Positions 1-9,861 of a DNA stretch of 62,202 nt are shown here, piece by piece. A program made the position numbers and the translations under genes. The notes under the pieces were generated by a model, which had not been told where the DNA came from, did no database searches, and saw nothing but the letters and a program-made list of their open reading frames with translations. This DNA is from a virus (Duplodnaviria > Caudoviricetes). The stretch spans positions 1-62,202 of IMG/VR virus record IMGVR_UViG_3300032516_000021; one strand, written 5' to 3'. Numbering within the stretch: position 1 is the first letter of the stretch; each line of letters begins with the position of its first letter.

Positions 1-152
1 ATATGGGAAGCCGCCGTTGTGGCACTTAATCCCTTCTTTCGTAGTGCTGTTATTTCCCCCCGATAGAGTGCGGCATCTTTTGCGCTGTAGCTGTATAGCC
101 CTTGATGCCCCACAACCAAGCCGGTGTCCAAATAGATGTCATAGCCGGAGTC
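1..152. repeat. Terminal direct repeat, left copy (circular assembly overlap)
   Basis: 1..152 equals 62051..62202 except T127 vs C62177. Confidence 0.97.
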
Positions 153-734
153 GTGTACTAATTGACAAAAGCCGCCGTCTTCGCCCTGCCGCTCGGAGCA
201 TGGAAACAATTCTCGTTTCGGGTCTTTCGTTATGCAGTCTTTGAGTAGCTTGGTGGAAATCAATGTGAAGCCGAAGCCTAACCCGCCAACTTTCAGCACC
301 TTGTTCGGTTTGAAATCGACCAGATAACGCATCTTCTTTTTCTCTGAATATGAGAAGTTCCCAACAACGGGGAGGTGTGGCGGCCTTTTTTTATAATACA
401 ACGCCCCGATCATATCTTTGCCATGCGACATCAACCTGATCAGGGCGTCTGCTGGAATGTTGGTTGAATCGGAATCTATGAAGAGGAGATAATCTGCCTT
501 GAGCTTGAGTGCCTGCTCAACAATGCGCGCCCGATTGCTCGGGAGCGACGAATTCACCATCACGAGAAACGGGACATACCCCCTCGTGAAAACATCTATG
601 CCTTTGCCTTTTGAATAGAAGGCCAACGTGCTGATTTCATCATAAAGTTGAAAATGCAGGAATCCGTCATAAGACGGCACTCCGATCAGCACGGTCGGTC
701 TTTTCCCTTCTGTTGCTTCTGGTTTCTTTTTCAT
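1..734 (-). CDS. Glycosyltransferase family 2-like (GT-A fold) protein, 5' part; continues across the junction into 62050..61987 (265 aa total)
   Basis: Manual translation from ATG 734: MKKKPEATEGKRPTVLIGVPSYDG...RARIVEQAL..ADYLLFIDSD..IPADALIRL...GLGFGFTLIS...GEDGGFC...IYLDTGLVVGHQG. Has DxD, GED and DT..GH motifs; frame is continuous with ORF 61987..62181. Missing from the ORF track because it is open at the window edge. Confidence 0.85.
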   Translation of the reverse strand, partial: MKKKPEATEGKRPTVLIGVPSYDGFLHFQLYDEISTLAFYSKGKGIDVFTRGYVPFLVMVNSSLPSNRARIVEQALKLKADYLLFIDSDSTNIPADALIRLMSHGKDMIGALYYKKRPPHLPVVGNFSYSEKKKMRYLVDFKPNKVLKVGGLGFGFTLISTKLLKDCITKDPKRELFPCSERQGEDGGFCQLVHDSGYDIYLDTGLVVGHQGLYSYSAKDAALYRGEITALRKKGLSATTAASH

Positions 735-815
735 GGGTTCCTTGGTGTTTTTATAGAGGGCGCGCGAGCGCGCGAACGTGGTGGTTATGCGAATGTTAGG
801 TTAGTTAAGAATGCT

Positions 816-1145
816 TCAGTCGGGATACGGAACGGGGATGTTCAGTTCCTCGTTGATGCGTGCGCTGAGTGCACTATACCAACTTCCGGCATTGACGATC
901 CGCCAACGTGCTGCCGTGTACCACTGTACGCCGTAAGCCTTGATTGCTACATCGATCTTTGCGTCAGTGGCATTGTCCGGTATGCGCAACGTCGTGGAAC
1001 AAGTGCTGTGGTCAAGCCCGACATAAGTCACGTCAATGAAGGTTTCGCCGTTCGCTTGTCGCGTCCCAGTTATGGTCGCCATGATTTCTGTGAATTGAGT
1101 TGCACAGACAAGCGTCGCCGGTGAGTCTGTAGTATAGTCAGCCAT
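816..1145 (-). CDS. Hypothetical protein, possibly tail fibre assembly or virion protein
   Basis: 109 aa with an AGGAG RBS, directly after the tail fibre gene. Confidence 0.6.
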   Translation of the reverse strand: MADYTTDSPATLVCATQFTEIMATITGTRQANGETFIDVTYVGLDHSTCSTTLRIPDNATDAKIDVAIKAYGVQWYTAARWRIVNAGSWYSALSARINEELNIPVPYPD

Positions 1146-1156
1146 TTATAATCTCC

Positions 1157-2734
1157 TTAGTCTACCTGAGTCCAGATCATAACTTTGCGCATGGATATGC
1201 TCGCCGTGCCCGTGCCGTTTGTACCGCGCATTGCCACAATCACATTAGCATCAGCGTTTGTCGCCAAGCTGGAAATGTCGACCACCAAATCAAAGAATGT
1301 CCCATTCCAAGTCGCCGGACAGTTGAATGTGCTCAGGGAGGGAGAGACCACCTGAGTAAGCCCCTGCACGGTCACTCCGGCATAACTATCACTCGCAGTG
1401 AGAGCCATTCCCGCTTCAAAGCGGACATGTAATTTCTTGGCGTTGGCCTTCTTGTAATAGGCTTTCCGCAATTTCGCCTTGTAAAGGTGATCGCCGTCAT
1501 CGGCAAGAGTCCACGCTGAAGCTGCCGTAGCTGCACTCCAGTTAGTAATGACATCGTTGATACCGAATGTGGCCTCAAGCGTCTGTGCATAGATTATGTC
1601 CGATATCACACTCGGATCAACGCCGTCGATTGTGACTCCGGCGGTAAGCGCAAGGTTGCCAGTTAGATTATTCGTGCCACTACTTCTAAGGAACTGTACG
1701 GCGAGTTTCGCCTCCGTGATCGTCGCATCGAAAATCTGCGTGGAAGTGATTGTCGCATTCGCAATTTGGGCGGCAGTCACAGTTAAATTGGCAATCTGTG
1801 TAGCGGTGATCGTCTGATTAGCGAGTTTGGCTCCGGTGATCGTCGCCGCATTGATTCGATCACCCGTGATGCCGTTGCCTGACGCACCAGTGGCAAGTTT
1901 AGACCCGAATAACGAGTCCGCTGTGATGTTTCCTATCGCTGCGTCGGTAGCCAGCTTTACAGCGGTCACGGCACCGCCTGCTATCTTCGTGACGGTGATA
2001 GCATCGGTCGCAATCTCCGCCCCTGTGACACCGAGGAGCGCTATCTTTCCGGTAGTGACATTGCGATCCTTAATTTTCGCGGTAGTCACTGCCTGGTCAA
2101 TAATGGCCGCCGTATTGACCGTAGCTTCGGGAGACATCTTGTACTCATGAAGCAGGTTCGTAATCGTGCCGTCGGTGATCGTCGCCGAAGCCGTGCGCGA
2201 GATTAGGGCAATGCTGACGTAGTAATGATCGGCGGGCGCCGTTGGCGGGGTGCTGTAGCCCTCGCGCTTGACAAAGGTAAAGGCAAGCCGTTGGTCGACC
2301 GCCGTCTCTCTGCCCCATTTCGGATTAACCAAAGTCACATCATCGACGGAATCAATGATCGGCAAGGTGATATCAACGTAGAGGCAATCGGTGCGCGTAC
2401 CGGCGGGCGTTGTCCAGCTGCCTACAATGGTATTGGTTGCAAGATTGCAGATTCGCGCCTTGTCGGTTTCGACCATGATGGCGGCGTCACCAGCGGAGAC
2501 GGTGACCTTGCCAAGACTATCCGTACCGAGACCGCCGGTGATAACCCAGCCAGTGCCGAAGCGGGCATTTTGCCGCTCAATCAGATTCCAGAGGTGGCGA
2601 GCAGTTCGCTGGTCGCATATCTGACCTACTTCATTGATGTCCGCATCAAGTGCTTGTGTTCCATCCTGCATGATCTTGCGCTGGACGGCCTTGGATTCAA
2701 GATATTGATCGCGAGTGACAGTATAGTCGCCCAT
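1157..2734 (-). CDS. Tail fibre-like protein with 10-aa repeats
   Basis: N-terminal QxG..LDADINE motif typical of fibre/baseplate anchors; a run of decamer repeats (AVTTAKIKDR, NVTTGKIALL, AITVTKIAGG, TITGAKLANQ, TITATQIANL); last gene of the baseplate module. Confidence 0.7.
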   Translation of the reverse strand: MGDYTVTRDQYLESKAVQRKIMQDGTQALDADINEVGQICDQRTARHLWNLIERQNARFGTGWVITGGLGTDSLGKVTVSAGDAAIMVETDKARICNLATNTIVGSWTTPAGTRTDCLYVDITLPIIDSVDDVTLVNPKWGRETAVDQRLAFTFVKREGYSTPPTAPADHYYVSIALISRTASATITDGTITNLLHEYKMSPEATVNTAAIIDQAVTTAKIKDRNVTTGKIALLGVTGAEIATDAITVTKIAGGAVTAVKLATDAAIGNITADSLFGSKLATGASGNGITGDRINAATITGAKLANQTITATQIANLTVTAAQIANATITSTQIFDATITEAKLAVQFLRSSGTNNLTGNLALTAGVTIDGVDPSVISDIIYAQTLEATFGINDVITNWSAATAASAWTLADDGDHLYKAKLRKAYYKKANAKKLHVRFEAGMALTASDSYAGVTVQGLTQVVSPSLSTFNCPATWNGTFFDLVVDISSLATNADANVIVAMRGTNGTGTASISMRKVMIWTQVD

Positions 2735-2744
2735 ATCGTCCTTC

Positions 2745-3992
2745 CTAAGTTACCCAGATAACTGCTGTGTCATACGGCGTGAAATTTGGAATTATCTTTT
2801 CGAGGTACTCTGCCTTGGCGTCCGCGTGAACAGGGGTGCCGCTCAAGGTGATGCGCAATTCCTTATCGAAAATTCCCTCGGTGAAAAACTTCGCTACCTT
2901 GTTGCGGTTGATGATGCGTAAGGCGAAATCGTCCCAGTCAACTATCGTCCGATAATCGACCCAGAGACCCTTCATAATTGGCTCGATGGCAGACGTATAG
3001 GCTTGCTCGTAAATCAGGGTGGTATTGTCCAGAATGATCGTCACTTTGCTGTCTTCGTCCCAAATGCGTAGAGTGTGTTCCCCTGTCAACCAAGTGAGGC
3101 CGGAGATATCGGCATAACCGAGAACGGTGCTGGAGCCGCCAACATATTCCACGACGGCAATGCTCTGCTCGCTGACATCTTTGTATAGTTGCACCCGCAC
3201 GAAGTTGGAGGCGTCCTGCCAGCGAACATTACAGCCGAAAACAATGTTGCCCGTTTTCAGGACGGTGAACTTAACTCTGAGAAAGTAGTCCCTATGCGTG
3301 TCATTGATATTGCAGCTCTGATATGGGCTATACCCCGCCGTGCCCTCGCCGATACCCCGGAGTTTCTGAGCCATCGGCAGGAAATGTCCATAGGCTTGGT
3401 TGACCCAACCCTGCACGGTGTTGTCATTCCAGTCATAGATTTGTTCCGAGACGACGCCAACGGAAGATGACGGATTCCAGAATGCAAATTGATTCCATAT
3501 CGCCGTGACCTGATAGTATTCCTCATACGTCGCTGTGAAGCCGAGTAACTCGATGATGCGGTTGATCGCCCAAAGCGTACCTCGACGAGCGTAGAGTTCG
3601 GGGATCGCTTCGACGAATGCCCGTCGCTCCGGCTGCGTCGCATAGGGCATGTCGATTAGCTCGAAACCGAAGTTGCCCGCAAGTAGTGACAGATATTTTT
3701 GCGGCGTGTCGGCAAAGCGAGTCAGGTAAGGTAGGCCGAATGCCCAGTCACGTATCCAATTCAGTTGATCCGAAATCGGAATGGCGAATTCAACCATGCC
3801 CGGCGAATGCTGAATCGCATCCATGAAGTCGAGCAGGTTGATCGGGCGCGGGTCAATGCGCTCTTGCGGCCACGTGCGTGATTGTCTTGGGTCCAAGTGA
3901 ACTTCCACTGGTGTCGGTTCCGGCCAGCGCGGATAGAATCTGGAATCGACCAGCGGGTCACCGCCATAGAATCGCCTGTCGCCTATTGTCAT
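2745..3992 (-). CDS. Baseplate wedge/tail protein I (P2 gpI-like) with inserted lectin-like beta-sandwich
   Basis: TPQKYLSLLAGNFGF...ERRAFVEAIPELYARRGTLWAINRIIELLG is gpI-like; central concanavalin-like segment (GEHTLRI..KVTIILDN..VDWDDF). Confidence 0.75.
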   Translation of the reverse strand: MTIGDRRFYGGDPLVDSRFYPRWPEPTPVEVHLDPRQSRTWPQERIDPRPINLLDFMDAIQHSPGMVEFAIPISDQLNWIRDWAFGLPYLTRFADTPQKYLSLLAGNFGFELIDMPYATQPERRAFVEAIPELYARRGTLWAINRIIELLGFTATYEEYYQVTAIWNQFAFWNPSSSVGVVSEQIYDWNDNTVQGWVNQAYGHFLPMAQKLRGIGEGTAGYSPYQSCNINDTHRDYFLRVKFTVLKTGNIVFGCNVRWQDASNFVRVQLYKDVSEQSIAVVEYVGGSSTVLGYADISGLTWLTGEHTLRIWDEDSKVTIILDNTTLIYEQAYTSAIEPIMKGLWVDYRTIVDWDDFALRIINRNKVAKFFTEGIFDKELRITLSGTPVHADAKAEYLEKIIPNFTPYDTAVIWVT

Positions 3993-3995
3993 CGC

Positions 3996-4811
3996 CTACC
4001 TGTGAGTCTTCGTGGTATCAGGAGCGTTGACCACATTTGAATACCGAGACGTCACTGTGCGGATATATGTCCATGCACCTCCCTGCCAGCAGAATATCTG
4101 CGCCGAATCTTTCACTTGGGTTTCTCCACCGGGGAAGAGTAGTTGCATCGAACTGTCGCATGGGACACCGATAAATTCCGATATCCATCTGATCCGGTTT
4201 GGCGTCGCTCGCAGCGAGTCAAGTCCTGCTTGAGTGATAATTGGCAAATCCGTCGTGAGCGGTCGCAAATTTACTGCGGCATGAATTGCTGCCAGTGAGT
4301 CAAAGAGACTATCTGGTAAAGTAGTCATGCCGCCAGTCCCGCCCGCCGACTTGATGACGCTACCAAGAGTACCCGGGGTTCCGGTAGCGGAGGCGGAGTC
4401 CCTCTTGATTGTTGAATCAGCCGCCGCCTTTGCCGCTTCAGGCAAACTCACATACGTATATGCAATGTCGCCGATAAACCAGATAGAATCGCCATGCGCA
4501 AACGCCTGCGGCACAGAATCATTGACCGTAATTGTCACATTCGGACTCGCATAGGCCACGCTGTAGATACCTACTGCAAAAGGCTTGTCCGTGCCTTGAC
4601 GAATAATGATTTTCTGATTGACAAGCGACCTGACTCTGGTCTTGCCAATGGATAAACTATCAACTACGAACTGGGTATAGGCATTGGCGCCGGCGGCATC
4701 GACGGTGTCGATGGTTTGCACTAATGGCCACTGATCGACGGGGGCACCTCTTGCCAGTTGGCAGAACCCGAGGATGATCAGCAGCAACAGAAACAGAATC
4801 AGTTTTTTCAT
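3996..4811 (-). CDS. Secreted hypothetical protein (signal peptide)
   Basis: ATG 4811 overlaps the upstream stop (ATGA); MKKLILFLLLLIILGFCQLARG-A resembles a Sec signal peptide. Confidence 0.75.
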   Translation of the reverse strand: MKKLILFLLLLIILGFCQLARGAPVDQWPLVQTIDTVDAAGANAYTQFVVDSLSIGKTRVRSLVNQKIIIRQGTDKPFAVGIYSVAYASPNVTITVNDSVPQAFAHGDSIWFIGDIAYTYVSLPEAAKAAADSTIKRDSASATGTPGTLGSVIKSAGGTGGMTTLPDSLFDSLAAIHAAVNLRPLTTDLPIITQAGLDSLRATPNRIRWISEFIGVPCDSSMQLLFPGGETQVKDSAQIFCWQGGAWTYIRTVTSRYSNVVNAPDTTKTHR

Positions 4812-7381
4812 GGCTTTCTCCATAGCCAGCGCATGCCGGTTGGTGGTTCTACATAACTCATAGTGGTAAATGATCTTGTCAATGACGGGTCGCTGAACGC
4901 CGTACCGTCGAAAGCGTACACGCGCCAGTAGTAAGTGCTATCATAATCTAAAACCGGGACTACTGTCCATGAAGTTGTGATCGTGCCTTCTGTGACTCCT
5001 ACCACCGAAGTCGTCAGCCATGTAAACAGTGAATCGGTACTGACTTCAAATTGGTAGGTGATAACATCTTCGTCATCGGGATCAGTTGAGTTTGTCACTG
5101 TCAATGTAGGATTGATAATAATCCCAGAGGAGTCGTCTATCGGTGTAACTAATACCGGAGCGGTTGGTACTCTATTCGTATCATTGCGCGTCGTAAATGA
5201 CCACGGGATAGGCCAGCCGCCGTAGTCTTCGCCGTCGTATGCTCGCACCTTCCACCAGTAAGTTGTCGCATAACTCAGTGGCGGATTGACCGTCCAAGAC
5301 GTTGTGGTGACGCCTGTATGCTGAAGTGGACTACTCACAACAAGAGACGTAAACGCCGAGTCAGTCGCAACTTGGAAATTGTAGGTCAGTGTATTCCCAT
5401 CTTCGTCAGTGGTATTGTTGACCAGCAAGATCGGATTGGGTGCCTGATCCGTTGCGCCCTTTATCGGACTCCCTAACACCGGTATTCCGGGTGGCGTGTT
5501 CAGAGCTTCAGGAACATCACCCTTAACGAGAATCAAACCGTCGCCCATCCAACATCGTTGCGCTGCTCCATTGATTGCCGTTGTCGTCCCGTCGTACTCC
5601 ATGCGATGCCAAGAGGTATCTGGTGGGGTCACATAGACATAGTGTTTCTCCGAGTGCAAGTAAGTCCAAGAATCTGTTTGCCGATATAGGTAGTAGAAGC
5701 GCGTATAGATGGAATCCTTGCCGTGCTTAACTCTGTAGAATGATCTCCAGAGTTTACAACTTGCACCACTGGAGTCTGTGATGGTCGTGTACTTGGCGAG
5801 AGTATCTTTATCACGTAACCCGAAGTCGAATGTCCGTGCCAATTTCGGTTGCGTAGTTATGAATGTATCGACTTCGGAGCGATCATTGCAATTAGGAGAA
5901 TAACTAAGTCCACTATAACCGCGTACGCAAGGCCAAAAGAGACCTGTGTTGCCTTCCCTGCTCCACGCCGTACCCCAAAAGGGCGGAGTGGTTGCGACGA
6001 TCCCACGATCACCCCAAAAGATTTTGTCTCGTATCCAAATTGCCTTGCCCGCCCCCGCTCTAAGTTCTCTATATACGGCTGTCGTATCCTGATAGTCGAT
6101 ATAAGCCGAGTTAATTATGAACATGTCGTTAGCTCGCATCAGGGAATCCATTGCCAAGAGCACTGCCGAAGTCCGGTGATAGTAGTTTGTAGCGTCATCT
6201 TTGGGTGTCGTAAACCAATGATGATTCATATCTGAAGTTCCGAACTCATTCATCATAATGTGTATCCCCGATGCCGCACTGAAATTAACGGTGTCACCAA
6301 ATGCCCCCCAAGCGTAACCATCGTTGCCCATGTTGCCAGCAAGGACTTTTGGTTTGTTGTTCCAAAAATTAGTTGAGTCCTCGAAATAGGAACCGAAGTA
6401 ACGCGACCCTTCTTGGAAATCTCGGTATATCTTGCGACTTGTTGAGTCCGCTCCCCAGACTCCAACACTCACGCCAGTACGACCGTGCATGATTGTACCG
6501 CCCTTTAGCAATACATCAGTTTCTCCATAATATCCCTGTGCCGTGTTGAAGTTGTCAAGATAGATACCGTCCCAAGACATACCACTGTCAGAAAGATTCC
6601 CCCATGCGTAAACATCATTTCCAGTTCCGCCAAGATTGCGATAGTTGGGAGCCGCGCCCGTTTTGCCGAGCGCACGCATCCAATAGTTTAGCAAGGCATA
6701 CCGCGCGAGGGGATTTGAGGCATCGGGGTTTGCTCTGTTAGTTGACCAGTATGTGCCATTGGTCTTGCCGCCGTATTGTCGATAAAACTTAGAACGAATT
6801 TGTCGGTAATGGCTATATGTTCCGTCACCCAAAACCGAGTATTTGTTTCGATCATAGGAATTCAAATAGACCGAGGCAGTATCGGCATCGGTTGCGGGAA
6901 TGTGGGCGCACGGCAAATGTTCTAACGTATCGCCAGTTGCGGTCAGAATCCAAGTTGTGTCCTTCCAATGGTAGAACATTGAGTTGTAACTTTGTCCTGA
7001 GTCATTGCAGACCTTTCGGTAGTGCGAGTATTCGTCTTGGTTGAAAGGCCACTCATTTGCTCCACCGATGTCGGTCGTGTCCAATCCCTGATTCGTATTG
7101 CCAAGATATGTATCTATCGACGTGTAGAGGACAATCGCCACATTCGGGAACCTACTTTTGACAATAGCGGCTTCACCAGCAGCGTCCGCCCAAACAATTA
7201 CACCGCGCCAGTTGCCACGAATAGCAAGCGTGTCAGCATCAGGCGGTTGTCCGCTATTCAGGCCACAGAGATAGGCTGACAAATCATCAAGTGTGCTTGT
7301 GGAATCGAGATAGCTATGGAGCGGGTTACGAGCGAACACAACGCTACAAAGGAATATGAGAGCAAGGAATAGGCGCTTCAC
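4808..7381 (-). CDS. Secreted protein: putative glycoside hydrolase-like domain plus two FN3/Ig-like repeats
   Basis: GTG 7381 with GGAGG RBS overlaps the upstream stop; MKRLFLALIFLCSVVFA signal; WDGIYLDN motif; two C-terminal repeats PxxPVLxxP...TYxFxVxTDSxF...TYxWxVxAxDG...SFTT. Confidence 0.7.
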   Translation of the reverse strand: MKRLFLALIFLCSVVFARNPLHSYLDSTSTLDDLSAYLCGLNSGQPPDADTLAIRGNWRGVIVWADAAGEAAIVKSRFPNVAIVLYTSIDTYLGNTNQGLDTTDIGGANEWPFNQDEYSHYRKVCNDSGQSYNSMFYHWKDTTWILTATGDTLEHLPCAHIPATDADTASVYLNSYDRNKYSVLGDGTYSHYRQIRSKFYRQYGGKTNGTYWSTNRANPDASNPLARYALLNYWMRALGKTGAAPNYRNLGGTGNDVYAWGNLSDSGMSWDGIYLDNFNTAQGYYGETDVLLKGGTIMHGRTGVSVGVWGADSTSRKIYRDFQEGSRYFGSYFEDSTNFWNNKPKVLAGNMGNDGYAWGAFGDTVNFSAASGIHIMMNEFGTSDMNHHWFTTPKDDATNYYHRTSAVLLAMDSLMRANDMFIINSAYIDYQDTTAVYRELRAGAGKAIWIRDKIFWGDRGIVATTPPFWGTAWSREGNTGLFWPCVRGYSGLSYSPNCNDRSEVDTFITTQPKLARTFDFGLRDKDTLAKYTTITDSSGASCKLWRSFYRVKHGKDSIYTRFYYLYRQTDSWTYLHSEKHYVYVTPPDTSWHRMEYDGTTTAINGAAQRCWMGDGLILVKGDVPEALNTPPGIPVLGSPIKGATDQAPNPILLVNNTTDEDGNTLTYNFQVATDSAFTSLVVSSPLQHTGVTTTSWTVNPPLSYATTYWWKVRAYDGEDYGGWPIPWSFTTRNDTNRVPTAPVLVTPIDDSSGIIINPTLTVTNSTDPDDEDVITYQFEVSTDSLFTWLTTSVVGVTEGTITTSWTVVPVLDYDSTYYWRVYAFDGTAFSDPSLTRSFTTMSYVEPPTGMRWLWRKP

Positions 7382-7977
7382 CTTTTGCTCACCCTCCTGA
7401 TTGCCGTATAAGCAGTAGGAGTTACTGATCCCACCACATGATAGACAGCATAGGCGCAAAGTAACTTAGCTGAATACCCTGAGTTCACCCACGGATTTGC
7501 TAATGTTCCACTACTGGTATATGCCTGATTATTGCCGGGCAGATCAAGGCGGAACACTCTGATATTGTCAGGATTCGTACACGACCCTTCGACAATGCAA
7601 ATTGTATCGCCCGCCGATACCGACAAAGAACATGCCCCCGCCAACCAACTATCACCAATAGCACCGGGAATGCTTATCGTAACCGCGATCAGGCTGTCAG
7701 TTGGCAAGTTGTTTCGCCAACGATAGATTGCCATTGATATTGAAGTTGCCGAAATACTGCGTCCACCAAAGACAATGCTGTCGATAACGATGTTCGCACT
7801 CGGAGAAAGCGTGTATGCCACTGCTGATAATGCTCTACAATAGTTCCCTGTCACATCATCAGACTTTCCAACCCATGTCGGATTCCCGAATGTCGCGCCT
7901 TCCGCCTTATTGCCGCCGAAACAGACGAAGAGAAATAGCAATGCCCCGGTGATCGCCACATTGCGAAACTTATTCAT
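7378..7977 (-). CDS. Secreted hypothetical protein (signal peptide, beta-rich)
   Basis: ATG 7977 overlaps the baseplate J stop (TGATG); MNKFRNVAITGALLFLFVCFGGNKAEG-A signal-like. Confidence 0.7.
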   Translation of the reverse strand: MNKFRNVAITGALLFLFVCFGGNKAEGATFGNPTWVGKSDDVTGNYCRALSAVAYTLSPSANIVIDSIVFGGRSISATSISMAIYRWRNNLPTDSLIAVTISIPGAIGDSWLAGACSLSVSAGDTICIVEGSCTNPDNIRVFRLDLPGNNQAYTSSGTLANPWVNSGYSAKLLCAYAVYHVVGSVTPTAYTAIRRVSKR

Positions 7978-9485
7978 CACAATTCCTTCCTCAGATTCAG
8001 GTAACTCGACTGCGCACTCCCCTCGTGTGTGATGATGTCGATTGAGTTGATTTCGCGGATCTGAGTGATCGCAATCGGAACATCGGTAGCAGGAGTCGTC
8101 ACTGTCGTCTTGTCCACTCCAGACACTCCCATGATTCCGACGTAGAGAAGGCCGAGGCTTATGTCCTCGCCGAATTCGTTGGGGTAAAGGCCATCCTCAT
8201 TCCGGTAGATCGGCGATCCATATTTGACGATTGCCTGACGGACTTGCTCGACAACGCCCGGAGCGAAGTAACCGGGACTGACCCAGATTGCGACGTCATA
8301 GTCGATCATGTAGTAGACCGGATCGTTCACGGCGATTTCCGTGTTGACCATTCGGCGTAAATCCAGAAAGGTTTTGACTTCAGCCTTGAAACCGGCTGAG
8401 GGTAGTCCACCGATCGCGGGCACAAAGCGTATGTCAGTCGTCAGATTATCAATACCGGCGGCAACTGACTTGGCGATAGTGCCATAAGCGGGAGAGACAT
8501 ATGAGTCAAGAAGAACCTGAACATCATCGGCAGTGACAATACGGTCATTCGCACGCAGACCGCCAGGCGCCAATTGCTTCGCGCGCGCAATTGTTTCTTG
8601 ATCTCTGCCGCCCGACGCTGCCGTGCCGTTCGTCACAGAATCGACATAGTCAACGCTCGTAAGGAGTGAAGTGATTGCGCCTGCCGCCACATTGCCAGCC
8701 GATCCGCCGCCGCGCCGGTAACTCGCCCGCACGTTGCTGACACCGATTGCCGGTATCTTGCCGTTGGTGCCGTCAGCGAAGTTGATGTAGTAGTAGCCGA
8801 GGTTGTCGACCTCGACGGTGTAGTGCAGGTCGGATGTGTCGCTGTTGTTGAAGTTTTCGACTCGCGTCCACGCGATAAAGCCCGCGCCTTCATCGACACT
8901 AACAGCCTCGCTATGCCAGACGACTGGACGGCGTGGCAGATAGAAAGCTTGGTAGGCCGTACCGTCCGACGATCCGAGGATATCATTCGTCACCGTCTCG
9001 CCCTGCTGACAGGGGATATCAACGGTCACCGTTCCGACGGTGATCAATTGCGCGCCGGTCGTTTCAAAGACGATAGTTTCTTGGTTAGTTGACCCGGACG
9101 TACCGATCTTAGTGCCTGCCGCGATTATGAATTCGGGGTGCCCGTCCGCACAAGTAAAGGTGACTGTGACAGTAGACGCCGATGCTTCTTGTAAGGTATA
9201 GCCAAGCTGGGTACAGAGCGCCCGCACGGCCTGCCGCTGATCGGCGGTTAGCAGGAAGCAATTGCGCGCCTGCTGGTTGATAGTCTGCCGCATCAGGTTT
9301 GTTAATGTGCAGACGATCCAAACGATTTGATTGCCAAGATCAGATGGAGAATCATCAGTCCAAGCTGGACAGTTTGCGTGCTTGATACTCATGGCACGCG
9401 CCATCAAGTCATAAATGCTATAATCTACGAGTTCAATTTGACTCAGCGGGAACTTGCGTACCTGATCGGGAACTAATATCGCCAT
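7977..9485 (-). CDS. Baseplate J/gp47-like wedge protein
   Basis: WTDDSPSDLG, LGYTLQEASASTVTVTF, INFADGTNGKIP, YRRGGGSAGNVAAGAI, ASGGRDQET, RIVTADD. Confidence 0.92.
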   Translation of the reverse strand: MAILVPDQVRKFPLSQIELVDYSIYDLMARAMSIKHANCPAWTDDSPSDLGNQIVWIVCTLTNLMRQTINQQARNCFLLTADQRQAVRALCTQLGYTLQEASASTVTVTFTCADGHPEFIIAAGTKIGTSGSTNQETIVFETTGAQLITVGTVTVDIPCQQGETVTNDILGSSDGTAYQAFYLPRRPVVWHSEAVSVDEGAGFIAWTRVENFNNSDTSDLHYTVEVDNLGYYYINFADGTNGKIPAIGVSNVRASYRRGGGSAGNVAAGAITSLLTSVDYVDSVTNGTAASGGRDQETIARAKQLAPGGLRANDRIVTADDVQVLLDSYVSPAYGTIAKSVAAGIDNLTTDIRFVPAIGGLPSAGFKAEVKTFLDLRRMVNTEIAVNDPVYYMIDYDVAIWVSPGYFAPGVVEQVRQAIVKYGSPIYRNEDGLYPNEFGEDISLGLLYVGIMGVSGVDKTTVTTPATDVPIAITQIREINSIDIITHEGSAQSSYLNLRKEL

Positions 9486-9486
9486 G

Positions 9487-9861
9487 CTATGTCCTTTGCT
9501 CTTGAATGAGTTCCTGAATCTGCTGACTCGACTTGAGTCGGTAGACGACCTTGTACCGCAAGAAACCGAACTCCGTAGTCGGCACTGACTCGACCGAAAG
9601 CAGGTCGATGCGTTTTTCCCAGATCAATAGTGCCTCTTCCGCGTCTGCACGGATCAAGGCCGATGAATTGCTTGGGTCAAATACCCGCTCGGGGATCCGG
9701 CTACCAAAAGTCGGTTTGAAAGGGAGCGAGCCACGGCGAGTCAAGAGAATTTGTTGAATCGAATGTCGGACATGTTCGTCATCCGATGATGGTCGCAACT
9801 TGCCGCGCCCGTCGAAAGTCAGCGGGAAGGCCGGGCCGGAGATGTTTAGGCTATCACTCAT
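9487..9861 (-). CDS. Baseplate wedge protein gp25/gpW-like
   Basis: GPAFPL...VRHSIQQILLTRRGSLPFKPTFGS...WEKRI; ATG 9861 overlaps the upstream TAA. Confidence 0.9.
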   Translation of the reverse strand: MSDSLNISGPAFPLTFDGRGKLRPSSDDEHVRHSIQQILLTRRGSLPFKPTFGSRIPERVFDPSNSSALIRADAEEALLIWEKRIDLLSVESVPTTEFGFLRYKVVYRLKSSQQIQELIQEQRT

